From: a virus
Taxonomy: Duplodnaviria > Caudoviricetes
Reading direction: 5' to 3' (one strand)
Virus record (IMG/VR): IMGVR_UViG_3300049574_000143
Coordinates: 4,358-68,357 of that record
Length of the DNA: 64,000 bases
Position 1 is the first letter of the stretch. Every line of letters begins with the position of its first letter. Shown here one piece after another: positions 25,451 to 32,743 of this stretch. The notes beneath the pieces were generated by a model, which saw only the letters and a program-made list of their open reading frames with translations, had not been told where the DNA came from and made no database searches. The position numbers and the translations under genes were made by a program.

Positions 25451-26446
25451 ATGCCGAGACGCTCACCTACCGTTGCCGACGTTGGCTGGGACTTCATGGA
25501 AGCCCTTCAGCGGGCCGGATCACCCCAGAACACGTACCGGGTCTACCGCTCCAACTGGTCATCCATGCTCGATGAGTTGGGCGGTAGGGCGATCACCAGC
25601 ATCACCCCGGCAGATCTGGGAAGGTACTGCGACGGAGGCGGATCCGAGGCGACCAGGAAGATGCGCCGACGGATCGCCAACCACGTCATGCGCCACGCCT
25701 ACCGACGGGGCGACGTGCGGTCTGTAGTACTCGTCCCTGAGCCCTCGTACAAACCGCGCACAAAGCAGAACGCGGAGTGGACTCGGTACAGCAGCGAGCA
25801 ACTCAGACGACTCATCCTATCGGCGCCCTGCCCGAGAAGTAGGGCCGCTATCGCTATCGGCGTTTACACGGCCATGCGGATAGAGGACATACGTCTCCTG
25901 CGAGCGCCTTCCCCTGACCTCGCGGATGGCTGGCTGGCAGCCTTTATCCACAAGACCAAAGTCTATGATTTCAAAGTGATTTCGGGGGGATTGGATGAGG
26001 AGATACGGCTTTATCTGTCGTGGCTCTACAGTCACGGTCCGACCAGGGCCGAGGACTATCTGATACCGGGTTATCCACCGTCCAACAGGGGTGATGGTTA
26101 CCTGGACGGTATCGATCTTAGCCGGCCCATCTCGAAGCACGCGCTGTATACGCGATATGCCGAAGCGAGGGACAGGGCCGAACTGCCGTACATGAAACAG
26201 GAGAAGTGGCACACCGTACGCCGCTCGTCGGCTCGACTGTTTTTCGAGTTGGCATCCGACCGGGGGTACGACATGGCACTCAGGATGACTCAGGCGTTCC
26301 TGAACCATAAATCTGTGCAGACGACCGAGCGGTACATAGGTATCGACTCAGCGTATGCGATGCGAGATGACTTCCTCCGTGAGCACGACTTGCTGGGTGC
26401 TCAGGGGGACGTTGTGACCCTACGGGGGCGGGAAGCGGGTCGATAG
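25451..26446 (+). CDS. int: Tyrosine recombinase/integrase (XerC/D-like architecture)
   Basis: YTAMR (Arg), HKTK, HTVRR (HxxR), LNHKSVQTTERY (His, Tyr); N-terminal SAM-like core-binding region. Confidence 0.9.
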   Translation: MPRRSPTVADVGWDFMEALQRAGSPQNTYRVYRSNWSSMLDELGGRAITSITPADLGRYCDGGGSEATRKMRRRIANHVMRHAYRRGDVRSVVLVPEPSYKPRTKQNAEWTRYSSEQLRRLILSAPCPRSRAAIAIGVYTAMRIEDIRLLRAPSPDLADGWLAAFIHKTKVYDFKVISGGLDEEIRLYLSWLYSHGPTRAEDYLIPGYPPSNRGDGYLDGIDLSRPISKHALYTRYAEARDRAELPYMKQEKWHTVRRSSARLFFELASDRGYDMALRMTQAFLNHKSVQTTERYIGIDSAYAMRDDFLREHDLLGAQGDVVTLRGREAGR

Positions 26447-26639
26447 GCGCAAGGCCCGGGGCCGCATGTCCCGCCCCCGAGGGAGTGTTGGTTGAAGCTC
26501 GTCCGCTCGCTCTCCGCCCGATCTTGAGGCTGGGTCGTTGCGGCGTCCAACGCGCTTCATGTCTCACGGCTAGTTCTTGTGTTTACGAGCAGCCCACCGT
26601 GAAGAGCTGTATCTCCGCATTGTGACAAGGCCGCGAGCC

Positions 26640-26830
26640 TCGCCCCGCTCTGTCCCGGGACCCTTGCCCCTTCGGGGGGCCAGTCCTGACGTTCTGTCCC
26701 GGTTTGCCCTGAGGCAAGTTGTCCCGGTTCGTTCCGTCTGAGTCGATATTGCACCTTCGTCTGCCCCCGCGCAACCCTTGCATGCCAGAAAGATTCAAGA
26801 TCTTTTTATCTGGAGGTAACCCCCACACTT
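26640..26830. promoter_or_regulatory. Control region between recombinase and repressor with three TGTCCCGG motifs
   Basis: TGTCCCGG near 26651, 26695 and 26720; AT-rich stretch around 26780-26855. Confidence 0.45.
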
Positions 26831-27016
26831 ACGCAACCTTGTTGAAAAAAACTTCCACGGACAACACCCCTTGCTCCACGGCCAGTTGCCGCGCTGAGCA
26901 GGGATACCCCAACCTCACCCCTTGACTCTCGTGCAGGACGGAGGAGGATCGGTTACGTGAAGCACGACCGGTTGCATCCGACCTGGTGAGAACCCGCCTA
27001 GGAGAGAAGCTGAAAC

Positions 27017-27421
27017 ATGATGTCCCTCCCCGCAAACCAGTCCGGAGAAGGCCTGAGCCGCAGGCAACAGAAGGACTACTTCGCTGAGTGGCTGAGGCGC
27101 ACCATGGCCAACAGCGGCGTCTCCGGTGGAGAGGTAGCGCGAGCTCTGAACGTCAACGACTCGGCCGTCAGTCGGTGGCGGAGCGGTAAGGCGACACCTG
27201 GACTTGAATCAGTCCAGAGCCTTGCGGAATTCCTTAACGTCGACCCAATCCGCCTGGCGGTGACAGCGGGCCTGTTGAAGCCCGAAGTAGTAAAATCGGA
27301 GATGCTTCCACTTCCGCCCGACACGGCGCAACGACAATTCGTCCGAGAGCAAATCTCCAAGATCCCCGGACTTACGGATGAGGAGAAAGCCAGACTTCTG
27401 GAGGCCTACGACGATGAGTGA
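27017..27421 (+). CDS. XRE-family immunity repressor
   Basis: HTH VSGGEVARALNVNDSAVSRWRSGKATP; AGGAG RBS; adjacent to the recombinase. Confidence 0.85.
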   Translation: MMSLPANQSGEGLSRRQQKDYFAEWLRRTMANSGVSGGEVARALNVNDSAVSRWRSGKATPGLESVQSLAEFLNVDPIRLAVTAGLLKPEVVKSEMLPLPPDTAQRQFVREQISKIPGLTDEEKARLLEAYDDE

Positions 27422-27809
27422 AGATCGCATAATCCGGGACTGGATACCCGAAAAGGTTCGCCGGCCACTGGCTCTACTGTTCCAGTGGGGTGGATGGCTC
27501 GGATGCCTTGGTATAGGGGTATGGGCGACGAATACCTACGACCCCAACAAGGGTCAATTCGCTCCCCCGTGGGTGAGCTTCACCTTCATCTTCCTTATGG
27601 GTATCGCTATCGGCGGCACCACGGCGCGTTCCCGGATGCGCCTAACCGATGCGATAGTTCACGCCTTCAAGGCCGGACAACTTGTAGCCGGTGAGAATTT
27701 CGGTTTGCGTGATTCGAATGAACCCGACCGGGGAACAACCGAGTCAACTCCGGTAAACGGAGAGCGCAATACAGAAATAGGCAACGGAACGGCAAGGGCG
27801 AAGCGATGA
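27414..27809 (+). CDS. Membrane protein
   Basis: Two TM helices; start overlaps the repressor 3' end. Confidence 0.75.
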   Translation: MSEDRIIRDWIPEKVRRPLALLFQWGGWLGCLGIGVWATNTYDPNKGQFAPPWVSFTFIFLMGIAIGGTTARSRMRLTDAIVHAFKAGQLVAGENFGLRDSNEPDRGTTESTPVNGERNTEIGNGTARAKR

Positions 27810-28153
27810 GCAAGACTCAGCAGCAGTGGCAGACCTGGAACAACACCGGCACCCCCCAGCCGCCGGCCGAAACCCCAACCGCGGCGGCGGCACCCACCGC
27901 GCGGCCGAAGAAGCGTCGGTGGTTCATGTGGACTTTCCTGGCGATTCAGGCCCTCTTCCTGATCTGGGTGATCGCCGGCGCCAGGTCCGGGGCAGGAACG
28001 CCCGACGACTGCGGCACCCTGAGTCAGCAGTCGTGCAACGACGCACAGAACACCGGCACCGCGATAGGTGTCGGACTGGTGATCCTGCTGTGGGCGATCA
28101 CAGACATCATCCTCGGCATCACCTACGCAATCATCCGAGTCGCCCGGAGGTAA
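27806..28153 (+). CDS. Membrane protein (possible superinfection exclusion)
   Basis: Two TM helices flanking a C..C loop; ATGA overlap. Confidence 0.75.
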   Translation: MSKTQQQWQTWNNTGTPQPPAETPTAAAAPTARPKKRRWFMWTFLAIQALFLIWVIAGARSGAGTPDDCGTLSQQSCNDAQNTGTAIGVGLVILLWAITDIILGITYAIIRVARR

Positions 28154-28176
28154 TGAGCGGCCACCCCCGGGTCACT

Positions 28177-28213
28177 GCCCCCCGGTCCCCCTCTCCAGGG
28201 TCGGGGGGCTTTA
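28177..28213 (+). terminator. Terminator of the repressor operon
   Basis: GCCCCCCG..CCC-loop-GGG..CGGGGGGC followed by TTT. Confidence 0.6.
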
Positions 28214-28223
28214 CTGTGCCCTC

Positions 28224-28448
28224 ATGCATGCGACATGGACGCTGATGCTCACGCAGGGGCCGCTCGTCGGCGAGGCGGAGGTGAAGGACGCCGCCGGCGC
28301 CGTGCAGGCCGTCAGGGGCGAGCTGGTGGACGCTCTCGGCGACCGCTTCGGCCAGGACCATGAGGAGGCTCTCCGCCGACTGGAGGGAGCCCTGCGGGGC
28401 GGACAGAAGAGCTGGAGGAGTGCCGGAGTTTGGGTGACGCTCGAATGA
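28224..28448 (+). CDS. Hypothetical protein
   Basis: 74 aa, coding bias. Confidence 0.55.
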   Translation: MHATWTLMLTQGPLVGEAEVKDAAGAVQAVRGELVDALGDRFGQDHEEALRRLEGALRGGQKSWRSAGVWVTLE

Positions 28449-28470
28449 TCAGAGGCCTACACTCTCTGTC

Positions 28471-28743
28471 ATGTCTCGTTACAAGGTGACGCAGCTACCC
28501 GACCAGTCGCGCTGGGTGATCCTCGACAAAGAGCTCTACGGCTACTGCACGCTGCCCGACGGCAACGGCAACCTCCTGCCGCTGGAATGGAAGGGCGAGC
28601 CGGCCGCGGAAGCCTGGCTCCAGAGCTGCTTCCGGATCTGGTCGAACGGCATCGTTCCGGCGCCTGCGGGATGGCAGCCTCACACCGTCCAGGTGTCTCC
28701 GTGGGACCCGTCTTGGTCGGACGCCCAGCACGACGAGATGTGA
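28471..28743 (+). CDS. Hypothetical protein
   Basis: 90 aa, strong GC3 bias. Confidence 0.7.
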   Translation: MSRYKVTQLPDQSRWVILDKELYGYCTLPDGNGNLLPLEWKGEPAAEAWLQSCFRIWSNGIVPAPAGWQPHTVQVSPWDPSWSDAQHDEM

Positions 28744-28765
28744 CGGATGTCGCACCTGTCTACTA

Positions 28766-28794
28766 TTGACACTTTTGCCGTCGGTTCCTAAACT
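28766..28794 (+). promoter_or_regulatory. Sigma70/HrdB-type promoter
   Basis: TTGACA, 17-bp spacer, TAAACT. Confidence 0.65.
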
Positions 28795-29029
28795 GATCTT
28801 GTCCGTAAGGGGAACCGTACGCCGCTAGGTGCGGGTCCACGGGCCTGAAAACCCCGTCGCGGGGCCGGAGTTTACGTAGGCCCCCCGCAGATATAGTGGT
28901 ACATAAGCCACTTGGGGTTTCGTAGTAAACCTCAGGTAGTACGCGCACGCGCGAGTGAAGATCGCTAAAGCGACTTCACGCGAAGTGGCACTGACGGGTG
29001 GCGCCCCAAAGTCACTGGACGGTAAACGC

Positions 29030-29067
29030 AAAAAATCGCCCCCCAAGGCCGAAGCCAAGGGGGGCGA
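29030..29067 (-). terminator. Late-operon terminator
   Basis: TCGCCCCCC..GGGGGGCGA stem followed by six T on the minus strand, downstream of the holin. Confidence 0.8.
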
Positions 29068-29113
29068 AGTCATGCCGGGCGCGACCCGGCGCGAGACCGG
29101 ATCACCTCCTGGG

Positions 29114-29290
29114 TCAGCCCTTGTTGGGCACGACGTACGTGACGCCCAGGGCGCCCAGTACGGCAAGGACGACGGTGACGACGTCACCGGTCGACAGGGA
29201 GCCGTCGGCGGTCGCCGTCAGGAGCGTGCCGGTGGCGGCAGCGGCTGCGGCGACGACGGCCTTGGCCATCGAGGAGAGCTTGACGAGCAT
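29114..29290 (-). CDS. Holin (58 aa, two TM)
   Basis: Manual translation MLVKLSSMAKAVVAAAAAATGTLLTATADGSLSTGDVVTVVLAVLGALGVTYVVPNKG; directly after the endolysin. Confidence 0.8.
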   Translation of the reverse strand: MLVKLSSMAKAVVAAAAAATGTLLTATADGSLSTGDVVTVVLAVLGALGVTYVVPNKG

Positions 29291-29309
29291 TTAGTTGTGA
29301 TCCTTTCGC

Positions 29310-30080
29310 TTACCGCGGGACCTTGAGCTTGTCCCACGTGGTCTTGCCCGGCCACCCGTCGGCGTCCGAGCCACTGAAGCCGCACTTCCGCTGCCAGGCG
29401 GCGTACGACTCCCTGTCGACGTCGGTCCACTGGGGACCGGGGCCGACCTTGTACTTGCCGCACTTCTCGGCGACAAGCCGCTGTCCCATGTGCTCGATCA
29501 CGGGCGCGTTCGGCTTCCGCTGGAACCACGCGGTGCCGGGGAACGCCTGGAATGTGCCCTGGGACGTCTTGACGGGCGCAGAGCTGGGCGCCGGAGCACT
29601 GGTCGATGCCCCGGTGTACGCCGGCCGCCCGAAGCCGGCGATGTCGTGCACGTAGCGCACCTTGCGGGCGCAGACGTTGCCGATGTTGCCTTCGATGGTG
29701 TAGACGGTGGCGCCGTCGGTGCCGGTGACGACTCCGACGTGATCGATCGCGCCGATGGACGAGGAGCCGTCCCAGTCGAAGAAGACGACGTCGCCCCTAC
29801 GGATACCGCTGGCGACGACGCCGTTCGTCATCGCGTGCCACTCGCCGCGAGACTGGAAGGCCTGGGCGTGGGCGACGGTGTAGGCGTACTTCGCGTTGAA
29901 GCACACCGGACCCTGGACGCCGGCGTGGTACGCCCAGTAGGTGACGGCCTGGTCGCACCAGGGCTCACCGTTGAGGCCGTACCACTCGGTGATGTAGTTG
30001 ACGTTGTCGCCGTTGTGCTCACCGACACCGAGGGACTTCTCGGCCTGGGCGATGAACGCTTCGATCTGCGCGTTGCTCAC
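29310..30080 (-). CDS. Endolysin: CHAP domain plus C-terminal peptidoglycan-binding domain
   Basis: WCDQAV (Cys), GDVVFFDW, HVGVV (His), TIEGN; C-terminal WQRKCG..G..ADGWPGKTTW. Confidence 0.9.
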   Translation of the reverse strand: MSNAQIEAFIAQAEKSLGVGEHNGDNVNYITEWYGLNGEPWCDQAVTYWAYHAGVQGPVCFNAKYAYTVAHAQAFQSRGEWHAMTNGVVASGIRRGDVVFFDWDGSSSIGAIDHVGVVTGTDGATVYTIEGNIGNVCARKVRYVHDIAGFGRPAYTGASTSAPAPSSAPVKTSQGTFQAFPGTAWFQRKPNAPVIEHMGQRLVAEKCGKYKVGPGPQWTDVDRESYAAWQRKCGFSGSDADGWPGKTTWDKLKVPR

Positions 30081-30352
30081 GCCGACACCCCCTCGATGTG
30101 CGGGGCGTACACGCCCTTGACGGGCGCACCGAAGGCTTCGGTGAGCCTCTCTTCCTCGTCGGCCGCCGTGGGCGGCGTACGGGGCTCCCAGCCGGCCGGC
30201 GGGTTGAACTCCTGCTGGCCGGTATCGGGGTCCCTGACGCACTGCGTGCCCTTCGGGGGCATGTCGGACGGCGGCTCGACGGTCTCGGCGTCGTGCTCCC
30301 CGAACACCTTCTCGATGAGGCTCTCGCCCTCTTCCGCGTGCTTTCCGCTCAC
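30077..30352 (-). CDS. Small acidic hypothetical protein
   Basis: GAAGGGAAG RBS; coupled to both neighbours; LxExFG twice. Confidence 0.7.
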   Translation of the reverse strand: MSGKHAEEGESLIEKVFGEHDAETVEPPSDMPPKGTQCVRDPDTGQQEFNPPAGWEPRTPPTAADEEERLTEAFGAPVKGVYAPHIEGVSA

Positions 30353-30882
30353 GAGAGCTTCCCTTCGAACTCGGCGAGCGCCTTGGTGAGCGCCTCGCGC
30401 ACGGTCTGGCCGGCGTTGGTGAGCTGGTTCAGGGCGGCCTGGACCTGCCCGTGGCGGGACTCCAGGTCGTCGAGCGCCTTCTGCTTGTCGGCCAGTCCCT
30501 GCGTGCGTATCTGCTGCGCCTCCAGGACGGCCTGACCCTTGATGCCCTCGGCCTGTGTGGTGGCGTCGGCGACGATGCCGGCGGCCTGGCTCTTGGCGTC
30601 CGCGACGTGCTTGTCCGCGGTCTCCTGCGCCAGCGTGAGGATCTTCTCGGCGGAGCCGGCCGGTGAAGCGCTGGTGACGAGCGGGAGCTGCGTCGTGGGC
30701 GCCTCGGTCGGCCGGCTCTCCAGGATCCGGATACGGTCCTGGGCGGCGTTGTACTGCTGCTCCAGGACCGCGAGCTGGTCCGCCACCTGGTCCAGGAAGT
30801 CGTCGACCTCATCCTGGTCGTATCCCTCACGGAGCCTGGTGGTGGCGAACCGCTTCTTGTTGATGTCGGCGGGTGTCAACAT
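30349..30882 (-). CDS. divIVA: DivIVA/Wag31 family protein
   Basis: MLTPADINKKRFATTRLREGYDQDEVDDFLDQV is the actinobacterial DivIVA N-terminal signature; second coiled coil SAEKILTLAQETAD...A. Confidence 0.9.
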   Translation of the reverse strand: MLTPADINKKRFATTRLREGYDQDEVDDFLDQVADQLAVLEQQYNAAQDRIRILESRPTEAPTTQLPLVTSASPAGSAEKILTLAQETADKHVADAKSQAAGIVADATTQAEGIKGQAVLEAQQIRTQGLADKQKALDDLESRHGQVQAALNQLTNAGQTVREALTKALAEFEGKLS

Positions 30883-30892
30883 CGATTACTCC

Positions 30893-32248
30893 TTACTTCC
30901 AGTGGTGGTGGCCCCAGTGGTGGTGCCGGTGGTGGTGGTGCGCGACGGAACCCGTCGGCAGCCTCAGCACCTGGCCAGGGAAGATGAGGTCGGGGTTGTC
31001 ACCGACGACGTCCCTGTTTGCGGCGTAGAGGGCCGGCCACCCGCCGGGAACGTTGTGCTCCCTGGCGATCTTGTCGAGGTAGTCACCGACGACGACCGTG
31101 TAGGTACCGTCCGTGCTACTAACCGGGGGCGGAGTAGTAGTTCCATCGCCACCGCCGGTCGACGGGGGCGGCGTGGTGCTGCCACCGTCCGAGGGCGGGG
31201 GCGTGGTCGTTCCGCCATCCGACGGGGGCGGGTTGGTATCGCCGGTGTTACCACCAGTGGCGCTACCATCCGCGGGGACGAACGGCGCCGGCCGGACCAT
31301 GGCGGTACGGGCGGAGGGGCCGCGGCCGGAGCGCTCATCCATGAACGACCAGTTGACGTTCGGGCGCGCGGGGTGCCGGCTGTTCGTCTCGATCAGGTCT
31401 TCGCCGTTCGGCCCGATGGGTCCGACGTACAGCGCGACGTGACCTCCCTCGAACCCGTCGTAGGTGACGAGGTCACCCGGGAGCAGGTTGGCTGTCGAGG
31501 TGACCAGCGTGGCCTGGGGGCCGACGTTGGACGGGACCTCCTGGGAGTAGGAGTCACGGGCCGACTCGGTGAAGTCGACGCCGCCAGCCTTCCAGGCCTG
31601 CGAGGTGAGCCCCGAGCAGTCCCATCCGCCGTCCTGCGGGCCGTTGCCGCCGTAGACGTACGGAAGGTTGTAGCCGATCGCTGCGATGGCGTACTTGACC
31701 GCCAGGTCGGCCGGGGAGCCTTCCTTCGGCTTCGGCACGGTGGCGCCGGTGATCGGGTCGAGGGTTCCCGTGCTCGCCGGCGTGGTGGCCGGCGGAGTGG
31801 TAGTGGTCGTAGTTCCCGGGGCCGTACCTGGGTTGCCGGGGTTGGCATCCGCCTTGGTCAGGAGACCCTGGCAGGAGCCGTTCGAGAGGTCGCCGGTGTT
31901 GAACGTGATGGTCGACCAGGCATCCGGCCCCTGGTCTGCGAGCACCTTCTCGGCGATCGCTATCTGCTGAGCCTTCGTGGCCTGCTCCGCGCTGGGCGCG
32001 TAAGCAGTGCCTCCATATGCCGCCCACGTGGACGGGATGATCTGAAGCCCGCCGCCGCCAGGCGCATTCCAGTTTCCGGACGACTCACATGAAGCGAGCT
32101 GGTCCCACTGGGATTCGGTGGCGGCAGAAGCGGAACTGGCGAAGGTCGCGGGAACAGCGACAGCTCCAAGCCCAACGGTTGCACCGAGGGCTATCTTCTT
32201 CATCGTCGTCGTGTTGGTCGGCTGGCGGTGGCGTCCGTGCGTCACCAT
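30893..32248 (-). CDS. Secreted Rpf-like transglycosylase, NlpC/P60 peptidase and LysM protein
   Basis: GRHR plus signal peptide; [17 protein letters not shown]...TW..YGG...[14 protein letters not shown]; PYVYGG..DCSGL..GHVALY; [12 protein letters not shown]...[11 protein letters not shown]. Confidence 0.92.
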   Translation of the reverse strand: MVTHGRHRQPTNTTTMKKIALGATVGLGAVAVPATFASSASAATESQWDQLASCESSGNWNAPGGGGLQIIPSTWAAYGGTAYAPSAEQATKAQQIAIAEKVLADQGPDAWSTITFNTGDLSNGSCQGLLTKADANPGNPGTAPGTTTTTTPPATTPASTGTLDPITGATVPKPKEGSPADLAVKYAIAAIGYNLPYVYGGNGPQDGGWDCSGLTSQAWKAGGVDFTESARDSYSQEVPSNVGPQATLVTSTANLLPGDLVTYDGFEGGHVALYVGPIGPNGEDLIETNSRHPARPNVNWSFMDERSGRGPSARTAMVRPAPFVPADGSATGGNTGDTNPPPSDGGTTTPPPSDGGSTTPPPSTGGGDGTTTPPPVSSTDGTYTVVVGDYLDKIAREHNVPGGWPALYAANRDVVGDNPDLIFPGQVLRLPTGSVAHHHHRHHHWGHHHWK

Positions 32249-32249
32249 T

Positions 32250-32510
32250 TCACCTTCCTATCACACTGTAAATCGTCACTCCCGCGCTAACTAGCGCACC
32301 CAGAAAGCTGGTTGGGAGCATGTAGCGCCAACGCTCAAGAGAACGCAGTCGGTTCTCATGGTCTTCGCGCTGCTTTGCATCCGCTTCTCTGTCGTCGCGA
32401 ATGCCTTTGAGGGTGGTCTCGATACGCGCCAGCCTTTCGGCGACGAGAATCATCCAGCCCTCAGTACTAGGGACCGCCGGTATTCCCTGCGGTGGAGTCT
32501 CGTCACTCAT
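32250..32510 (-). CDS. Coiled-coil protein with C-terminal TM (holin-like or lysis accessory)
   Basis: [21 protein letters not shown] plus hydrophobic C-terminus; first gene of the lysis block. Confidence 0.7.
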   Translation of the reverse strand: MSDETPPQGIPAVPSTEGWMILVAERLARIETTLKGIRDDREADAKQREDHENRLRSLERWRYMLPTSFLGALVSAGVTIYSVIGR

Positions 32511-32520
32511 GAGGCTGCGA

Positions 32521-32733
32521 TCAGGGCAGTTCAGTGATCGAGATGATGAAGGGCGATACGTCGAGTCGACCGACCGAATAGCCCTCGTACGGGCCGCCGG
32601 TTCCGATCTGAGACTTCGTCCAGGTGATGCTGTCCAGGATTGCCTGCTGCTCCGATATGTCGCCGTCGGAGTACTCGCTCACCGTGGTGAAGTTGGTCCC
32701 ATCGTTTATCGCCAGGTCGTACCTGTACCTCAT
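32521..32733 (-). CDS. Hypothetical protein
   Basis: AGGAGG RBS; follows the tail genes. Confidence 0.7.
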   Translation of the reverse strand: MRYRYDLAINDGTNFTTVSEYSDGDISEQQAILDSITWTKSQIGTGGPYEGYSVGRLDVSPFIISITELP

Positions 32734-32743
32734 TGCCGTCCTC

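Noticed and set aside
26446-27017. tRNA-derived attP core or tRNA gene
   Set aside because: GGTTCG occurs but without a T-arm stem, acceptor stem or CCA context; no cloverleaf seen here or elsewhere by eye.
29099-29110. GGATCACCTCCT as a 16S rRNA fragment
   Set aside because: Only 12 nt match, and flanks are phage holin and terminator sequence; better read as a Shine-Dalgarno on the minus strand.
28955-29326. 123-aa plus-strand ORF after the orphan promoter
   Set aside because: No RBS; it runs through a terminator hairpin and antisense across the holin; low-complexity product.
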